Assembly (NCBI GenBank): GCA_012295275.1
Contig: CM022671.1
Coordinates: 868,001 to 932,000 of the forward strand
DNA length: 64,000 nucleotides
Source: Chrysomallon squamiferum
Lineage: Eukaryota; Animalia; Mollusca
Direction: 5' to 3'
How positions within the stretch are numbered: position 1 is the first letter of the stretch; each line of letters starts with the position of its first letter. The notes beneath the pieces were generated by a model. It worked only from the letters and a program-made list of their open reading frames with translations, had not been told where the DNA came from and did not search any database. Shown one piece after another: positions 15,001 to 28,100 of this stretch. Both the position numbers and the translations under genes were made by a program.

Positions 15001-17968
15001 TTAATCGCATATGGAATATTTTGTTTTACTTCTGAGATAATGAAGTACATTATAAATCAGTCTGAACAATTTGCAATCAAAACACACATTTTTAATATTT
15101 ATATCTTTGTTCTAATGTATGTACAAACATACATACATACATTCAATAAATATATATATATTAGTAGAGATGACATTTAAATATAAAAGTACAATTTTGT
15201 TTTCAAAAATGGGGAAAAAGAACATAATATACATAAATTAATTAATTATTTAATTAATTATAATAATATAAACTAGTAATCTGTAATGTATATTTTATCA
15301 AACAGGATATTTAAAACTCAGACAATTACCTGAGCATGTTTTGCTGTGCTGAGTTGGCCAGTATAAAGAATGTTTGACATCAGAACCTTTATCTTCACAA
15401 CGTTCACAGGTTACATCTTGTCGTGAGCTGCATATTTCTTTCTGACAGTGGTGTAAGCTGGAACACCCTGAAATATTAAAAAGCACTGAGTAATCTGTGT
15501 GATAAAAAAAGATATGACAAACAATGAAGTAAGCAGAATAAGATATTTAGAAATTAATACCAGTTATTTACAGCAAAATAAAAACTCTTATTAAATTTAG
15601 ATTAAACTGAATTGTTTAAAAAGCTTTGTGAAAATAAAAAGGATAATTGAATGCTCTAAATAGGATAAATTTGCTCAATTTATTATACTTACTAATGTTG
15701 GTACATTAAGAAAGCAAAGAACCTGTTACTGAAATTCATGAAAATGGTTCAGTATATATTTTATAATATTATTAATTTTAACTGTTTTTAGTTTTCATAT
15801 TGGAATCTTTATTGAGCTTGATAATAAAGATTACCTACATTTCAGAACATATAATAATTAAACAATTTCTTGTGTTATTTCAGTTGATAACTCACGTTTA
15901 CAAGATGAGGATTCTAGGTAGTATCCTGACTGACAGACTTCACACTTCAGGTCATGTGCTGACTTGCATGGCTTTGGTCTTTGGCAGTGATCCACATGTG
16001 GACATTCTGAAAATTTGAATAATAACAAATCAAAGTTGGTGTCAAAGTTAGTCTTATTATTATTCTTTTCTTGACAACAACTTCAGCAATAAAATCAAAA
16101 GCAAAAGTCACTACAAACAGATCAATGGATCAAGTCTTTCTGGTGCAAAGATATGGTTATTTCCTGTCCTGTTTCTATCACTTGTTTATCAAATGCAGTG
16201 GGAATATGTTTTCCTGTTTCTGAGAAGGTGTACTTTATGAGATATCTAACTGCTAATTAGTAACAGTGGTTTCTTCTCTCACATAATCATTGTATAACAA
16301 ACATATAAACAAAACTTAATTATTTTTAATATTATAGCTCATCCATTCAACAAAAACGACAATGATAATAGATTCACATTTTAGAATTTATACATAAATT
16401 CAGGACTATTCCTTTTATCACTCAGGATAGAAAAACATGTATTTTCCCTTTTATACTTAGAATAATTTAATTCTTTTAATGCAAACATGGAAATAATATA
16501 TAAATCTAATTTGCAGGTCAAGTATGCACAATTTACTGCAATAAAACATAAGATTTAAGAGGATTTATCTGGCTTTTTCAAACATTCCATATTTTGTTTT
16601 ACTGCTGAGACAATGAAGTACATTATGATATAAAGTATTATTTATGTCTTATAAAGAACTAAACTATTTCAGTCTAATGCAATTAAATGACATATCAGAG
16701 TTTCTCCCTTTTTCAATTTTTTCTAGAAACACACAGAGACACAAACACATGGATATCATTTTTAACATTTCTGATACTATTATTATGTTTGTAGTAGTAA
16801 AATATGTAGAATGAATATAAAAAAATTAAAACTACAAATGTTACATACTTGCACAGTTAGAACCTGCAAGGTAATATCTTGAGTCACAAGAACATGTTCC
16901 ACCATTGTAAGGTTCACAAGTTCCATGGTTGTTACATGCATTCCTCCCTTTTCCTCTCCCATTACAGCTGTATTCTGAAAAATGTAATAACAGTAAGTTT
17001 TAATAGATAATTAACAAAAACAAATCAACAGATGAATGATACACAATCTGTTAAAACAAAAATCAAGTAAAAAATTAAGTTTCATATTTCATACAGAATG
17101 AAGATAATAATTCCAAATAATAACTGAAAATAAAAAAAATAAAAGTATATATTTGTAGTAATGATAAACAAAACAAAAACAACAATATAACAACTTAAAA
17201 ACAATTGATTTGCTAGACTTACCAGCTCCAATCTCTCTATTACTAATCCAGCAATAACATGGAAACTTGTAATATTCAGAACCTTTTCTTACTTCAACCT
17301 GAATTTAAAATATATTTAAAAAGAGTTACACACAGGAACAAGCAAAATAAAAATAAAAAAATTAAAAAGATAAATAAATAATTAATTTAATATGAATGTG
17401 TTTTGTCCTCTAACTCAGATTTCTCTTTATTAAAGAGAAACGTGATCTAAAATGTAGAAAAACATCCAGCAGTCAAATAATTACTTTAAAGATATATACA
17501 TACATAAATATAATATAGATATTATCTATGGCAAATACTTACATAATTTACTTTCCAATCAGGTCCCATTCCATTGCTGTTTCTTTTCAAACCAATTTTC
17601 ATTATGGGTCCAACATCATAATCTGTAACCTGTTTTATACACACATTTAAAATATTATATAAACATTGACAATGCATTGGTACAGGAGGACAAAGTCCAG
17701 TCACAACCTCAGAAACCCATTAAATGCCACTCAAAATGTATGGCACCCATTTACCTGTACTCTATAGGCAGATGATGACACCACTTGGCCATCAAGACAG
17801 ACTTGAAAAACATTGCTCAGTAACTGAGGTTAATCATCACTTCCCACAATGCATGCTGTTCTTTGTCTTTCATCATTTTTTGTGTGATTTATTTTTGTGG
17901 GAAACCTGGCACTGGCATGTTATGTATGTATGTATGTATGTATGATGTTGTGAATGTGTATGTGTGTT

Positions 17969-18018
<50 letters not shown>

Positions 18019-19828
18019 CATATATATATTTGTGTGTATAATGATACATTTTTCTTTTGTAAGTTTACATTATTCTAAGATAATAAATAAATAAACAACT
18101 TACAGAACTGCGATCAACATCTCCTCGTTCTTGAGAACCACCAACTTCATGCCATCCACTGTTACCATTTCTACCACGGAACTGAATGTATATGTTAGCA
18201 TCAGTCCCAGAGTACCAGTCATCACTTGTTTTGGTGGTGATATGGTATGTTATACCAGCACCTAGAAAATGGTATTTATTAAGACATAATAATATAACGA
18301 GAAATAATAAACACAGGCAATAAAATGATTCTGCAATATAATTTTAAAATATACAACTTTTATGATAATTATAATTATAAATTTTATGTATTTGCTTCAA
18401 ATGTTTGTTGCTGTGGATTGATTTTGTATGCTGTATTTTGTTGTAACAGACATTAGATAATATTGTAAATAAATTGTTTAGTGACTCATCACATTCAGTA
18501 TATTTATTATCGCTCACTGGTTTGTTTAATGTAGATTAGACCAGGTAGATGTACCCAGCATTAACAAATTCATCAGTCTTTCTCACCCTCCCTCTGCCCT
18601 TGACATGTATTACATGGAATGTAATTAGGCTCTTGGTTTTTTTTTGGGGTGGGGACTTGATTTATGACAAATTTCTAGAACTTTTCTTTCCTGAGAGATT
18701 TATAAAGTTGATAAAACATTTTGTAAGTTGCAAAGGAGACTGACTTAAGATAATGAAGCAACATTAGATGAGAATTGCTATCAAACTAAACATAATAAAA
18801 GAATATTCTCCTCACACAATGGAATTAATACTTCAAACATAATTTTTTCTTGGTCATTATAAGCTAATAATATCCTAACTTCATCTTTGATCACTGTCAG
18901 TAGTGAAGTTTGATTGTTCAGAACAACAGCATCCACCATGTTGCTGATGTACCTCATGATCTGTATGACTTATTTCTTCTCCTAGATATGCTGTAATTTA
19001 GGAACTGAAATTACACTTAGAGGCCCAATTCTGTTCTAATCATTATAAAGTCAAAGGTCTATGCAGACAACAAGATCTATAATTATGGTAAATACATTTT
19101 ATTACTGCAATATTTATGTGTTCATGAAAAATTCTGATACACTGATAAGGTTTGATAAAATTTGTTCTTAATATACGAATGTTCACGTTTCTGTAGTCAA
19201 AACAAACAACTACTTTGCATGACACAAAATTGAAGCCATCTGAATAAATACAGACATTGAAAATTCTTCAAGTCAGAACAAAATAACTTTGATATTACTG
19301 TTTTATTTAGCTTATGTTCAACCATTTCAAAAACACTTGGCAAAAATCTGTGATTATTATGAATATTATTATTAAAGTGACTGTTATTTTTATAGACTAC
19401 ATACTGCAGAACAAATAGAAACGTATAAATCAGACAATAATGTCTGTACTGTCACTGGTAGTCTTGTCATTACATAGATTACTTCTACTATTGCTGTTGC
19501 TTAAACTGCTGCTGCTACCTCTACACTACTGTCAATAATAAAACTACTATAAAAATAAAAAAATATAAATAAAAAGAAATATAAACAAACATTAATAATA
19601 ATAATAGTAATAGTAGTAGTAGTAAATAAATAAACAAATACACACACCTAGTAATGCAAACACTACCACTGCTGGTGGTACTACCAGCTGTTGCTACTAT
19701 TACTACAACTACAACTACTACTACCACTACTACTACTACTACTAATACTAATAATGATGATGATAAATATTCTTACCTTGATTTATAAAAGAAACTAATA
19801 AAATAAAGAATAATGTGAAGCAAAACAT
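1..19828 (-). CDS. Gene A: giant, probably secreted PLAT/LH2 - EGF/Cys-rich - multi-FnIII-like protein (multi-exon; 3' end runs off the window; spans a scaffold gap)
   Basis: GT-AG exons read on the minus strand: 19828-19777 (signal peptide MFCFTLFFILLVSFINQG), 18261-18104, 17629-17543, 17298-17223 (PLAT), 16974-16849 (EGF), 16006-15896, 15467-15330, 14770-14648 (Cys-rich), 14363-14088, 13699-13561, 13181-12008, 11785-(gap), (gap)-9616, 9395-8200, 7896-6515, 6242-5534, 5267-5151, 4814-4504, 4196-4089, 3841-3688, 3462-3279, 3103-1481, 1236-<1. Phases are consistent and exon lengths match paralogs B and C. Apparent +1 indels at 1828 and about 9390, and an out-of-frame run at about 10410. Confidence 0.85.
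10436..10635. other. Scaffold gap
   Basis: 200 Ns. Confidence 0.99.
14648..16974 (-). CDS. Gene A exons 5-8, EGF-like and Cys-rich modules
   Basis: CNNHGTCEPYNGGTCSCDSRYYLAGSNC (EGF-like); CPHVDHCQRPKPCKSAHDLKCEVCQSGYY; CSSLHHCQKEICSSRQDVTCERC; CSWNKRWCWPGDCSNQLTSSCKCRKGF. All are phase-1 exons. Confidence 0.8.
17223..18261 (-). CDS. Gene A exons 2-4, PLAT/LH2 domain
   Basis: Spliced peptide YHITTKTSDDWYSGTDANIYIQFRGRNGNSG...DVGPIMKIGLKRNSNGMGPDWKVNY|VEVRKGSEYYKFPCYCWI matches PLAT hallmarks (GTDA.+.+...G..G.S; D+G.+..+.+; PDW.V..V.V; Y.FPC..W). Confidence 0.8.
19777..19828 (-). CDS. Gene A exon 1, signal peptide
   Basis: ATG TTT TGC TTC ACA ... AAT CAA G|gtaag; 52 nt, phase 1, hydrophobic core; homologous to gene B exon 1 at 25144-25195. 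Confidence 0.85.
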
Positions 19829-21365
19829 TTGTAGTTAGTATAAGTAAAACTTGACTTTGTCTTCCTCTGTCTCAATCTGCTGTGAGTTAATTTATCTGAA
19901 CAATAAACTTAAAATACTAACAAACCTAGTGAGTCAGGAATGTTAAATGTTATCAGGATTGATACATTTTACAAATGACATTAAAACAAACAAACAATTC
20001 ACTTCACAAGATGTTTTTCTGATTCTTGACAAAAGATAAATCAGAAAGTTTTGTTCAAACAGACCCATGCCGAGTTTTTATTAGAATAAGTAAAGATAAG
20101 AATATTTTATGTTATAATTCAGTTGTGATAAACAAATGTCAGATGATTTGATTAGTGCTGAGATAGGACTTTTAGATTGGTTTGTTAGAACATGATAAAT
20201 CACAAACAAATTTAAATTCAATTTACATAATAGTTAAGTTCATAGTTAAATGAAACAAAACAGATAATTATAATAATAATAATAATAATAATAGTAATAA
20301 TAACTTATCAAAATAAGTTACACTAAATATCAAAAAATCAACTTCATTTTAAATGAAATCTTATTACAACAAAATATATTTGTAATTAATATCTTAATAA
20401 ACAGTGTATATATATATATTATGAAACTAAAAATTATATATATATATTTATATAATTATTTATATTTAAAAAAAAATCAACTACTTGAACGTGTCACTGG
20501 ATTTAAATCTCTAATCTTTAAGTGTTTCATTGAAACTGCACGTTTTCTTTGAAGATCACAAACAGTAGCATTAATTTATTTTTATAAGTGCTTTATAATT
20601 TGGTCTCTGGGTACCAGAACAGTGATAAGAAACAGTTGGTAAGAAATACTGTTAACACTGATTTCTATTTTCTAAAAATAAGAAAAACGAGCACAGAAAT
20701 AAATAGCTCAGTTTAGACAGAAACAGACTCAACCCAAAGTTACCAGTATCTGAATACATACTTAAAAATGTCAAAGTACGTAATTAGAGCACATGCTTTG
20801 GTGAAAACACTGTGATTCGTTTTTTAAATAAGAATTTTATTGTTGCAAGTTTAGTTTGGAAATGTTCTAGAAAAATGCATGCAAACTGTAATGTAAAACT
20901 ATTATTTTTTATCTTAAATAGATTATGCAAGTTCTTAGAACAAATAAAAAAATGTTGATTAATTTTTTTAAAGAAACTTTTGATTGTAGCCATTTTTGTT
21001 GGACAATGCTTTAGAGAAATGTATTCAGTTTGTAATGTAAAAGTTTTTTCTTTTATTTAAATGTCAGACTGTGTAAGTTCTGAGAACAAGTAAACAATTC
21101 TTGATGTCATATCCTGCATTTTATTGTATAAAATTTAGAAAAACAATGTAAATATAATCACCATTCAGATTAAGTTTATTGTAGATGTTAATTTTACAAG
21201 ATGCTTGTATCTGTAAGTGAACATTCATTTGGGTTTGAACATTTGCCAATACAAATGTGATTTATCAAATTTCATACAACTATTAATACAGGTAGAGATA
21301 GTTACATTCACATCATTTTCACATTCCTAATAAATTTTATGAAAGATGTTTATTATTTTTCTTAC

Positions 21366-21426
21366 CTTGACTGATGTAAAATACCAAAAAATATAACACT
21401 ACAAATGAAGGCTTTCTGGTATCCAT
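21366..21426 (-). CDS. Candidate alternative first exon (second signal peptide) for gene A
   Basis: ATG GAT ACC AGA AAG ... AGT CAA G|gtaag = MDTRKPSFVVLYFLVFYISQG; 61 nt, phase 1, same CAAG|gtaag donor as exon 1, splice-compatible with exon 2 at 18261. Confidence 0.6.
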
Positions 21427-21431
21427 TGTTA

Positions 21432-21680
21432 ACCTTCATCTAATCAACTTTCAACATCTGAATGTTTTGCAGTTCGTCACCTTCATCTAATCAACTTTCA
21501 ACATCTGAATGTTTTGCAGTTCGTCACCTTCATATATTCAACTTTTAACATCTGAATGTTTTCTAGTTTGTCACCTTCATATAATCAACTTTCAACATCT
21601 GAATGTTTTGCTGTTCGTCACCTTCATCTAATCAACTTTCAACATCTGAATGTTTTGCAGTTTGTCACCTTCATATAATC
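21432..21680. repeat. 47-bp minisatellite, about 5.3 copies
   Basis: Unit ACCTTCATCTAATCAACTTTCAACATCTGAATGTTTTGCAGTTCGTC starts at 21432, 21479, 21526, 21573, 21620, 21667. Confidence 0.9.
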
Positions 21681-21949
21681 AGATGGCTCCACACTTCATT
21701 CTTTTAACCATCATAAGATTTCCTGTCCTCAACACTCAACTACAAGTGAAGTGGCCACAAGATAAGGAAGTTTTTGTTTTGTGTTTTTATTTCAGTCAGT
21801 AAATACTTCATGTACTACTGATACAGAATAACAATCTGTCACAAATTACATCTCGTTTACTATAACATGATTATGGTGTAAGTAACATTTTACATTCATT
21901 TGGCTTTTTGGGGTCCAGGTGTTAGAAAGATATGAGGCATAAAATGTTA

Positions 21950-21990
21950 TTTTATACCAGCCTTTGCTATCTTTACACCTCACAACTTAC

Positions 21991-22022
<32 letters not shown>

Positions 22023-23750
22023 GAAAAATATAGGAAAAGTTTTATTGACTGAGTGATTGATTGATTGGTTTATTTATTTATTTTTAATTTACTGTTTTCC
22101 CATAGTATATAGCTTTCACATTTTGTTTACTTTTTAATCAAGTCATTCTTTTTTGCTTGTTTCATTCTCTTCAGGCTTCTGGCCTAATCATTTTATTTTC
22201 TACATCACTACTTTTAAAATGTTTATCTATTTACATTCGTAAAACTTCTATATAATTTCTCTATTTATTTATTCATTAATTAGCAAATGTCATTTAATCA
22301 TTTTTCTACATATATTGTGGTTTTATTATTAGAAAAGATACATAATTTTGGTTAAATAAATAAACATTTAAATTAAAACAATTCAAAATACACTGGAACC
22401 TCGGGTTACGAAAATAATTCCTTCCAGAACTCGGTTCGTAAACCGAAGCGATGTCAGACACGTACGTCACTCTCATGTTTTGCAGTTATTTCTTTCTTAA
22501 TATCTACTGTGATATGCTTATACTTTCCACCAGCATTATCGCTTTAACTTTTTGTTTTCTTGGGCGCCATATTGAATAGGATGTAATAAGAAATACACAC
22601 ATAAAAGCAGCAACACTTTAAAACGTGCGAGCACACAATCTCAGTGCCAAAGCTATTGAGCTGCAATTGCGTATCGAAGACTAAAGGCTCTAATTCATAA
22701 TATATATTTGCTACAGGACACGCCTATAATCCTTATTTTGTGCCCTCGGTTTTCACGTAAGCATCTATTCGTATTTTTACTAGATGTTGACGTCAAAACC
22801 GACGTCAACAGAAAGCGTGTCCCTGTAGTTCGTAACTCGGGACATCATTCGTAAAGCGAAACAAAACATTGCCTAAGATATGGTTCGTAATCCAATTTGT
22901 TCATGCTTCAAGGCGTTCGTAACCCGAGGTGCCACTCTATGTCTTTGTTTTTTACACATTGTTTCTCTTGCATGCTGTTTATTTTGTTTCTTTTCTACAC
23001 TTTTCTCCATTATTACACTGCATGTTGTTGTTTGTTTTGGGGTTTTTAAAAATAATTTTTAATAGTTCATATTTCCAGGTAAAAACCTTTCTAAATTAAA
23101 AAAATAGAAACATTTGTTTTTCAGTTTTTATTTTTGTTTTATTCAATGTTTGGTTTTTTGTTGTTCATTATGATATGTCACTCCCAAATATTTATTCGTT
23201 CATATTACATTTTCATTATTTGTCATTTACATCTCATTTATATAAATATCATTTCTCTGCAGGATGACTCATTACTTATTTGTTGTTGCTGTTTATTTAT
23301 TTCTTGTTTTTACACTTCTTTTTTAAATGATATTTTAATATTCAGTTTAAATAATGCTTTTCTTTACTTTTTGATTCCATCAATCTTTTTTAAAAACTGG
23401 AAATATTTATATTCCTACATTACACAAGTATTTAAAAATAAAGACAGATATATTCAAGAATAAATGTATAATGAAAATAAGCCAAAAAATATATATATAT
23501 TTAAGGATAATAATAAATAAATAAATAAATAAATAATAGAGAAATGGGTTGTTTTTATATATAAAAAAGTTGTTTTATTTTTCAGTTTATTAAGTTGGAC
23601 AACTAAATATATACAAATGTTATTATTATTATTTTGTTTTGTTTAATTTTGTGATTAAATTCTTGTTATTGAAGTGGTTATGAAACAGCATTTCAGCATT
23701 TTATGGTTAAACAGAGTTATTCCCCTTGGAACATGACTATAATGATATGT
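21950..23750. repeat. Locally duplicated non-coding block, copy 1 (others at about 38500-39650 and 55845-56545)
   Basis: Shared direct-orientation tracts, e.g. ttttggttaaataaataaacatttaaattaaaacaattcaaaata (about 22346, 38713, 56229) and atttctctgcaggatgactcattacttatttgttgttgctgttta (about 23251, 39140). Confidence 0.8.
22391..22937. mobile_element. Non-autonomous Tc1/mariner-superfamily (pogo/Tigger-like) MITE, about 547 bp
   Basis: Imperfect 22-bp TIRs CACTGGAACCTCGGGTTACGAA ... TTCGTAACCCGAGGTGCCACTC, flanked by TA on both sides; subterminal TTCGTAA repeats; empty homologous site caaaaTAtgtct at about 38751-38762. Confidence 0.85.
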
Positions 23751-25143
23751 TTTTATGACGAGAAAGACCACATCTGAAAAAAATGTGTGAGTTTATATAT
23801 ATATATACATACATAATGTGGTTGAATGAAATAGCTCAATATCTGTATTAAATTAATCACAGACTCGACAGAGACAAAAAGAATGCCAAAATAAATTTTA
23901 CAATGAACTAATTAATAAATAAATTACTATCATATAAAAAAATATATATTAAAGATCAGTCTGATTAATATGTGTGTGTGATAAATATATATTTATATGA
24001 ATTTATTATGTAATTATGTCTGTGAGTGTATGTATGCATATAAGTATTTATGTATGTATGCATGCGTGCATACATGATGTAACTATATATATATTTGTTG
24101 GTATCTACATCTGAAAATGTGTATGTTTGCATATGCTTATGTACTTATACATGTCTATTTGTGCATGTAGAAAAGCTTCTTTTTTAAATTATTGCTTTAC
24201 CTATTGATCTATATTATTTTTAAATAGCCATGATTCTTCATATGTTATATTTTTGGTAAAAACTGTATAGTGACCAAATGGTAAGCATAAATGTATGCAT
24301 TCAAAAGATATATAATATTAGTAATTTAGAAATGATCCATATATATTTCATATCAGAAATATTGATGGAAAAAATTAGAAATTGGATATCCAGTAACATT
24401 TTTGTACATAACAGGTCATATTTTTCCACTTTCTTACACACATACTTCATAAATTGGATTGACTTGGAATCAGTCTGTCAGTTTCCCTCCTGTTAGGTTT
24501 TTAGGGTCTTGAAAACTGAGATTTTTGCAATTTGTTAAATAATATATTTTCTGTTAAATAAAACTGAAAACATTTTTAAAAGATTATAAAGGAACTGGCA
24601 ATAAAATTCACAGATAAGATATATGTATACATACATACATACACACACACATACATACATACATATATATAAAGAAAAATGCAAACAGGAACTTTAATAT
24701 ATGACTGCATTATATATATATATATATATATATAGATATGAAGAAAAATGAAGTCGGTAACTTTCTATGTGACAAACTGAACATACATTTGTTTGTGGGT
24801 TATCTTAATCTGACAAAAGAATGTAAACTTCCTATCTGTGCACCAATCAAATCATCTGACATTTCTTTGTCACAACTGAATTGTAATATATAATATTTTT
24901 ATCTTTATTTATTCTAATAAATACTCTGATTGGCCTAGTTTGAACAAAACTTTCTGATTTATTTTTTGTACAAAATAAGAAAATAATTTTGTTAAATGAA
25001 TTCTTTGTTTTTATGTCATTTTTAAATAATCAGTCCTGATAACTTTTATCAGATAACATTCCTGATTCACTGTGTATGATGTGTTTTTATTTGTTAGTAT
25101 TTGAGTTTTATTTGTAGATAAAACAACACCTGATAAACTCCAA

Positions 25144-28100
25144 ATGTTTTCTTTTACGCTATTCTTAATTTTATTAGTTTCTTTTATAAATCAAGGTAAG
25201 AATATTTATCATTATTATTATTACTAGTAGCAGTTGTAATAGTACTAGTAATGATAGAAGTAATATAGTAGTACTATCAATAGTAATAATAGCATTAGTA
25301 GTGTTTGTAATATCAGCAATAATAGCAGTGATACAAATAATAATAACTAAGACTACCAATGATAATGTTAATAATTATATTGATCATATTTATGCTAACA
25401 TTACTACTAGACTGAAATAACTAAAATGATGTTAATTTCTCAGCAAACCAGAAGCAAGTAATAAAATGATATTTCCACTACTTTTTTGTTCAGTCCTATA
25501 ACAGTTTATTTTCATTTATAATGCTATCCTATTTTGGAAAACATATCTTTCAAAGTCTTTATTTCTTCACATTCCTTCAGTTTTATGTCATTATGCAAAA
25601 TAGTTTATTTCACTGCAGTCATGTCAGCATTCACATCTTAAGGACAACTTTAGTCAAACCATGTCAAACTACCATAACATTTTAACAGAAACAAATATTG
25701 CTTTATGACTAAGGTAATCAATAATAAAATATATTTATTATAATTATTTAATTGCTGCCTTCTTCATAGGCCTTTGACCTTTATAATGAATCAGAGCAAA
25801 TGTGGACCATCAACATGTAATTTCAATTCCTAAATTATAGCATATCTAGGAGAAGAAATATTTCCAAGGTTGTAAGACACACCAGCACATTGAACTTCAT
25901 TACAGACAATGATCAGAGAGGACGTTAGGATATTATTAATACATACAATTCATGTATGAGGTATTAACTCCTTTAACATGAGATGGATCAACATACCTTT
26001 GATATATTATAGTTGTATGCACTTGTTTTGATATATATTAAATTATGAAAATATAGCATACTTATTTTAATTTAAATGTTTTGGTCCTGAACATTTTGAA
26101 AACATAGATAAAGATTCATAAATCACAAATATTTTTTTATTCACTGCACTGTGTAGTTTGACATGATGTAGCATCTATGTCTGTTCTTTTTCCACTTGTC
26201 ATCTAATATTTTTATATGATCTTAAATCACCATCCTTTGCAACTTACAAAATGTTTTGGCATCCATTAAAAACTTCTACTTTTAATTTCTTTTTAACTAA
26301 TTCTGCAAGAGAAGAGAAAAGCTCTGGAAATCTGTCAGACATCAAGTTTCAGAAAAATAAAATAACCTAAATAGATTCCTAGTAATATGTGTCATGGACA
26401 GAGTGATGCATTTGTTAATACTTGCATAGGTACATTAAACAAACCAGTGTGAGATAATAAATATACTGAATGTGATGAGTAACTAAACAATTTATTTACA
26501 ATATTATCTAATGTCTGTTACAACAAAATACAGCATACAAAATCAATGCAGAGCAACCAATAGTTGCAGAAATACATAAAATTTATAATTATAATTATAA
26601 AATTTTGTATATTTTAAAATTATATTGCAGAATCATTTTATTGCCAGTGTTGATTATGTCTTAGTAAATACCATTTTCTAGGTGTTGGTATAACATACCA
26701 TATCACCACCAAAACAAGTGATGACTGGTACTCTGGGACTGATGCTAACATATACATTCAGTTCCGTGGTAGAAATGGTAACAGTGGATGGCATGAAGTT
26801 GGTGGTTCTCAAGAACGAGGAGATGTTGATCACAGTTCTGTAAGTTTGTTTATTTATTTATTTATTGTCTTAGAACAATGCAAACTTACAAAAGGAAAAT
26901 GTATCTTATCAGTATATGTGAAGAAAATACTTTTATATACACACAAATATACATAAATATATATACACGCACACACACATATATGTATATGCAAATGTAC
27001 ATACATGCAAATATACACACACCCATTCACAACTTCAAACATACATACATAGATACAGCCAGTGGCAGGTTTCCCAGAAAATCATGAAAGCAGTGATTAA
27101 CCTCAGTTATTGAGAAACTTTTTTCAGGTTTATCTTGATGGCCAAGTTCTATCATTGCCTGCCTATGGAGTACAGGTAAATGGGTGTCATACATTTGAGT
27201 CTCATCAGTGGCATTTAACATGTTTGTGAGGTTGTGACTGGACTTTGTCCTCCTGTACCAATGCATTGTGAATGTTTATGTAATATTATAAATGTGTGTA
27301 TAAAACAGGTTACAGATTATGATGTTGGACCCATAATGAAAATTGGTTTGAAAAGAAACAGCAATGGCATGGGACCTGATTGGAAAGTAAATTATGTAAG
27401 TATTTGGCATATGTAATATCTATGTTATATCTATGTATGTATATATTTTTAAAGTAATTATTTGACTGTTGGACGTTTTTCTACATTTTCCATATTTTCT
27501 TTAGTGTACAAATTGAAAATATAATATGGATCTCTTTCAGGATTTTATATTTAAAAGCAATTAAATGTAGATCATGAGAAATCTGAGTTAGTGGACACAA
27601 CACATTCATATTAAATAAATTATTTATTTACCTTTTTATTTTTATTTTTTATTTTACAAGTTTATCCATTTCTTGTTCTTCTTTTTAAATATATTTTAAA
27701 TTCAGGTTGAAGTAAGAAAAGGTTCTGAATATTACAAGTTTCCCTGTTATTGCTGGATTAGTAACAGAGAGATTGGAGCTGGTAAGTCTAACAAATCATT
27801 TGTTTTTAAGTTGTTATATTGTTGTTTTTGTTTTGTTTATCATTACTACAAATATATATTTATATTTTTTTATTCTAAGTTGCTATTTTGAATTATTATC
27901 TTTATTCTTATGAAACAGGAAACTTAATTCTTTATTTGATTTTTGTTTTAACAGATTGTGTATCATTCATCTTTTGGTTTGTTTTTGTTAATTATTTATT
28001 ATTATCTATCTGTTATTACATTTTACAGAATACAGTTGTAATGGGAGAGGAAAAGGGAGGAATGCATGTAACAACCATGGAACTTGTGAACCTTACAATG

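Noticed and set aside
17724-17945. Short ORFs conserved between arms (also 27027-27266, 14983-15180, 29819-30016)
   Set aside because: Intronic, antisense to the host gene, and explained by the inverted duplication; no recognisable protein features.
21432-21680. Regularly spaced repeat as a CRISPR array
   Set aside because: Units are contiguous with no unique spacers, there are no cas genes, and the context is eukaryotic.
21975-22022. Poly-A tract as a retroposon tail
   Set aside because: No SINE/LINE body, Pol III boxes or target-site duplication could be identified; kept only as part of the duplicated block.
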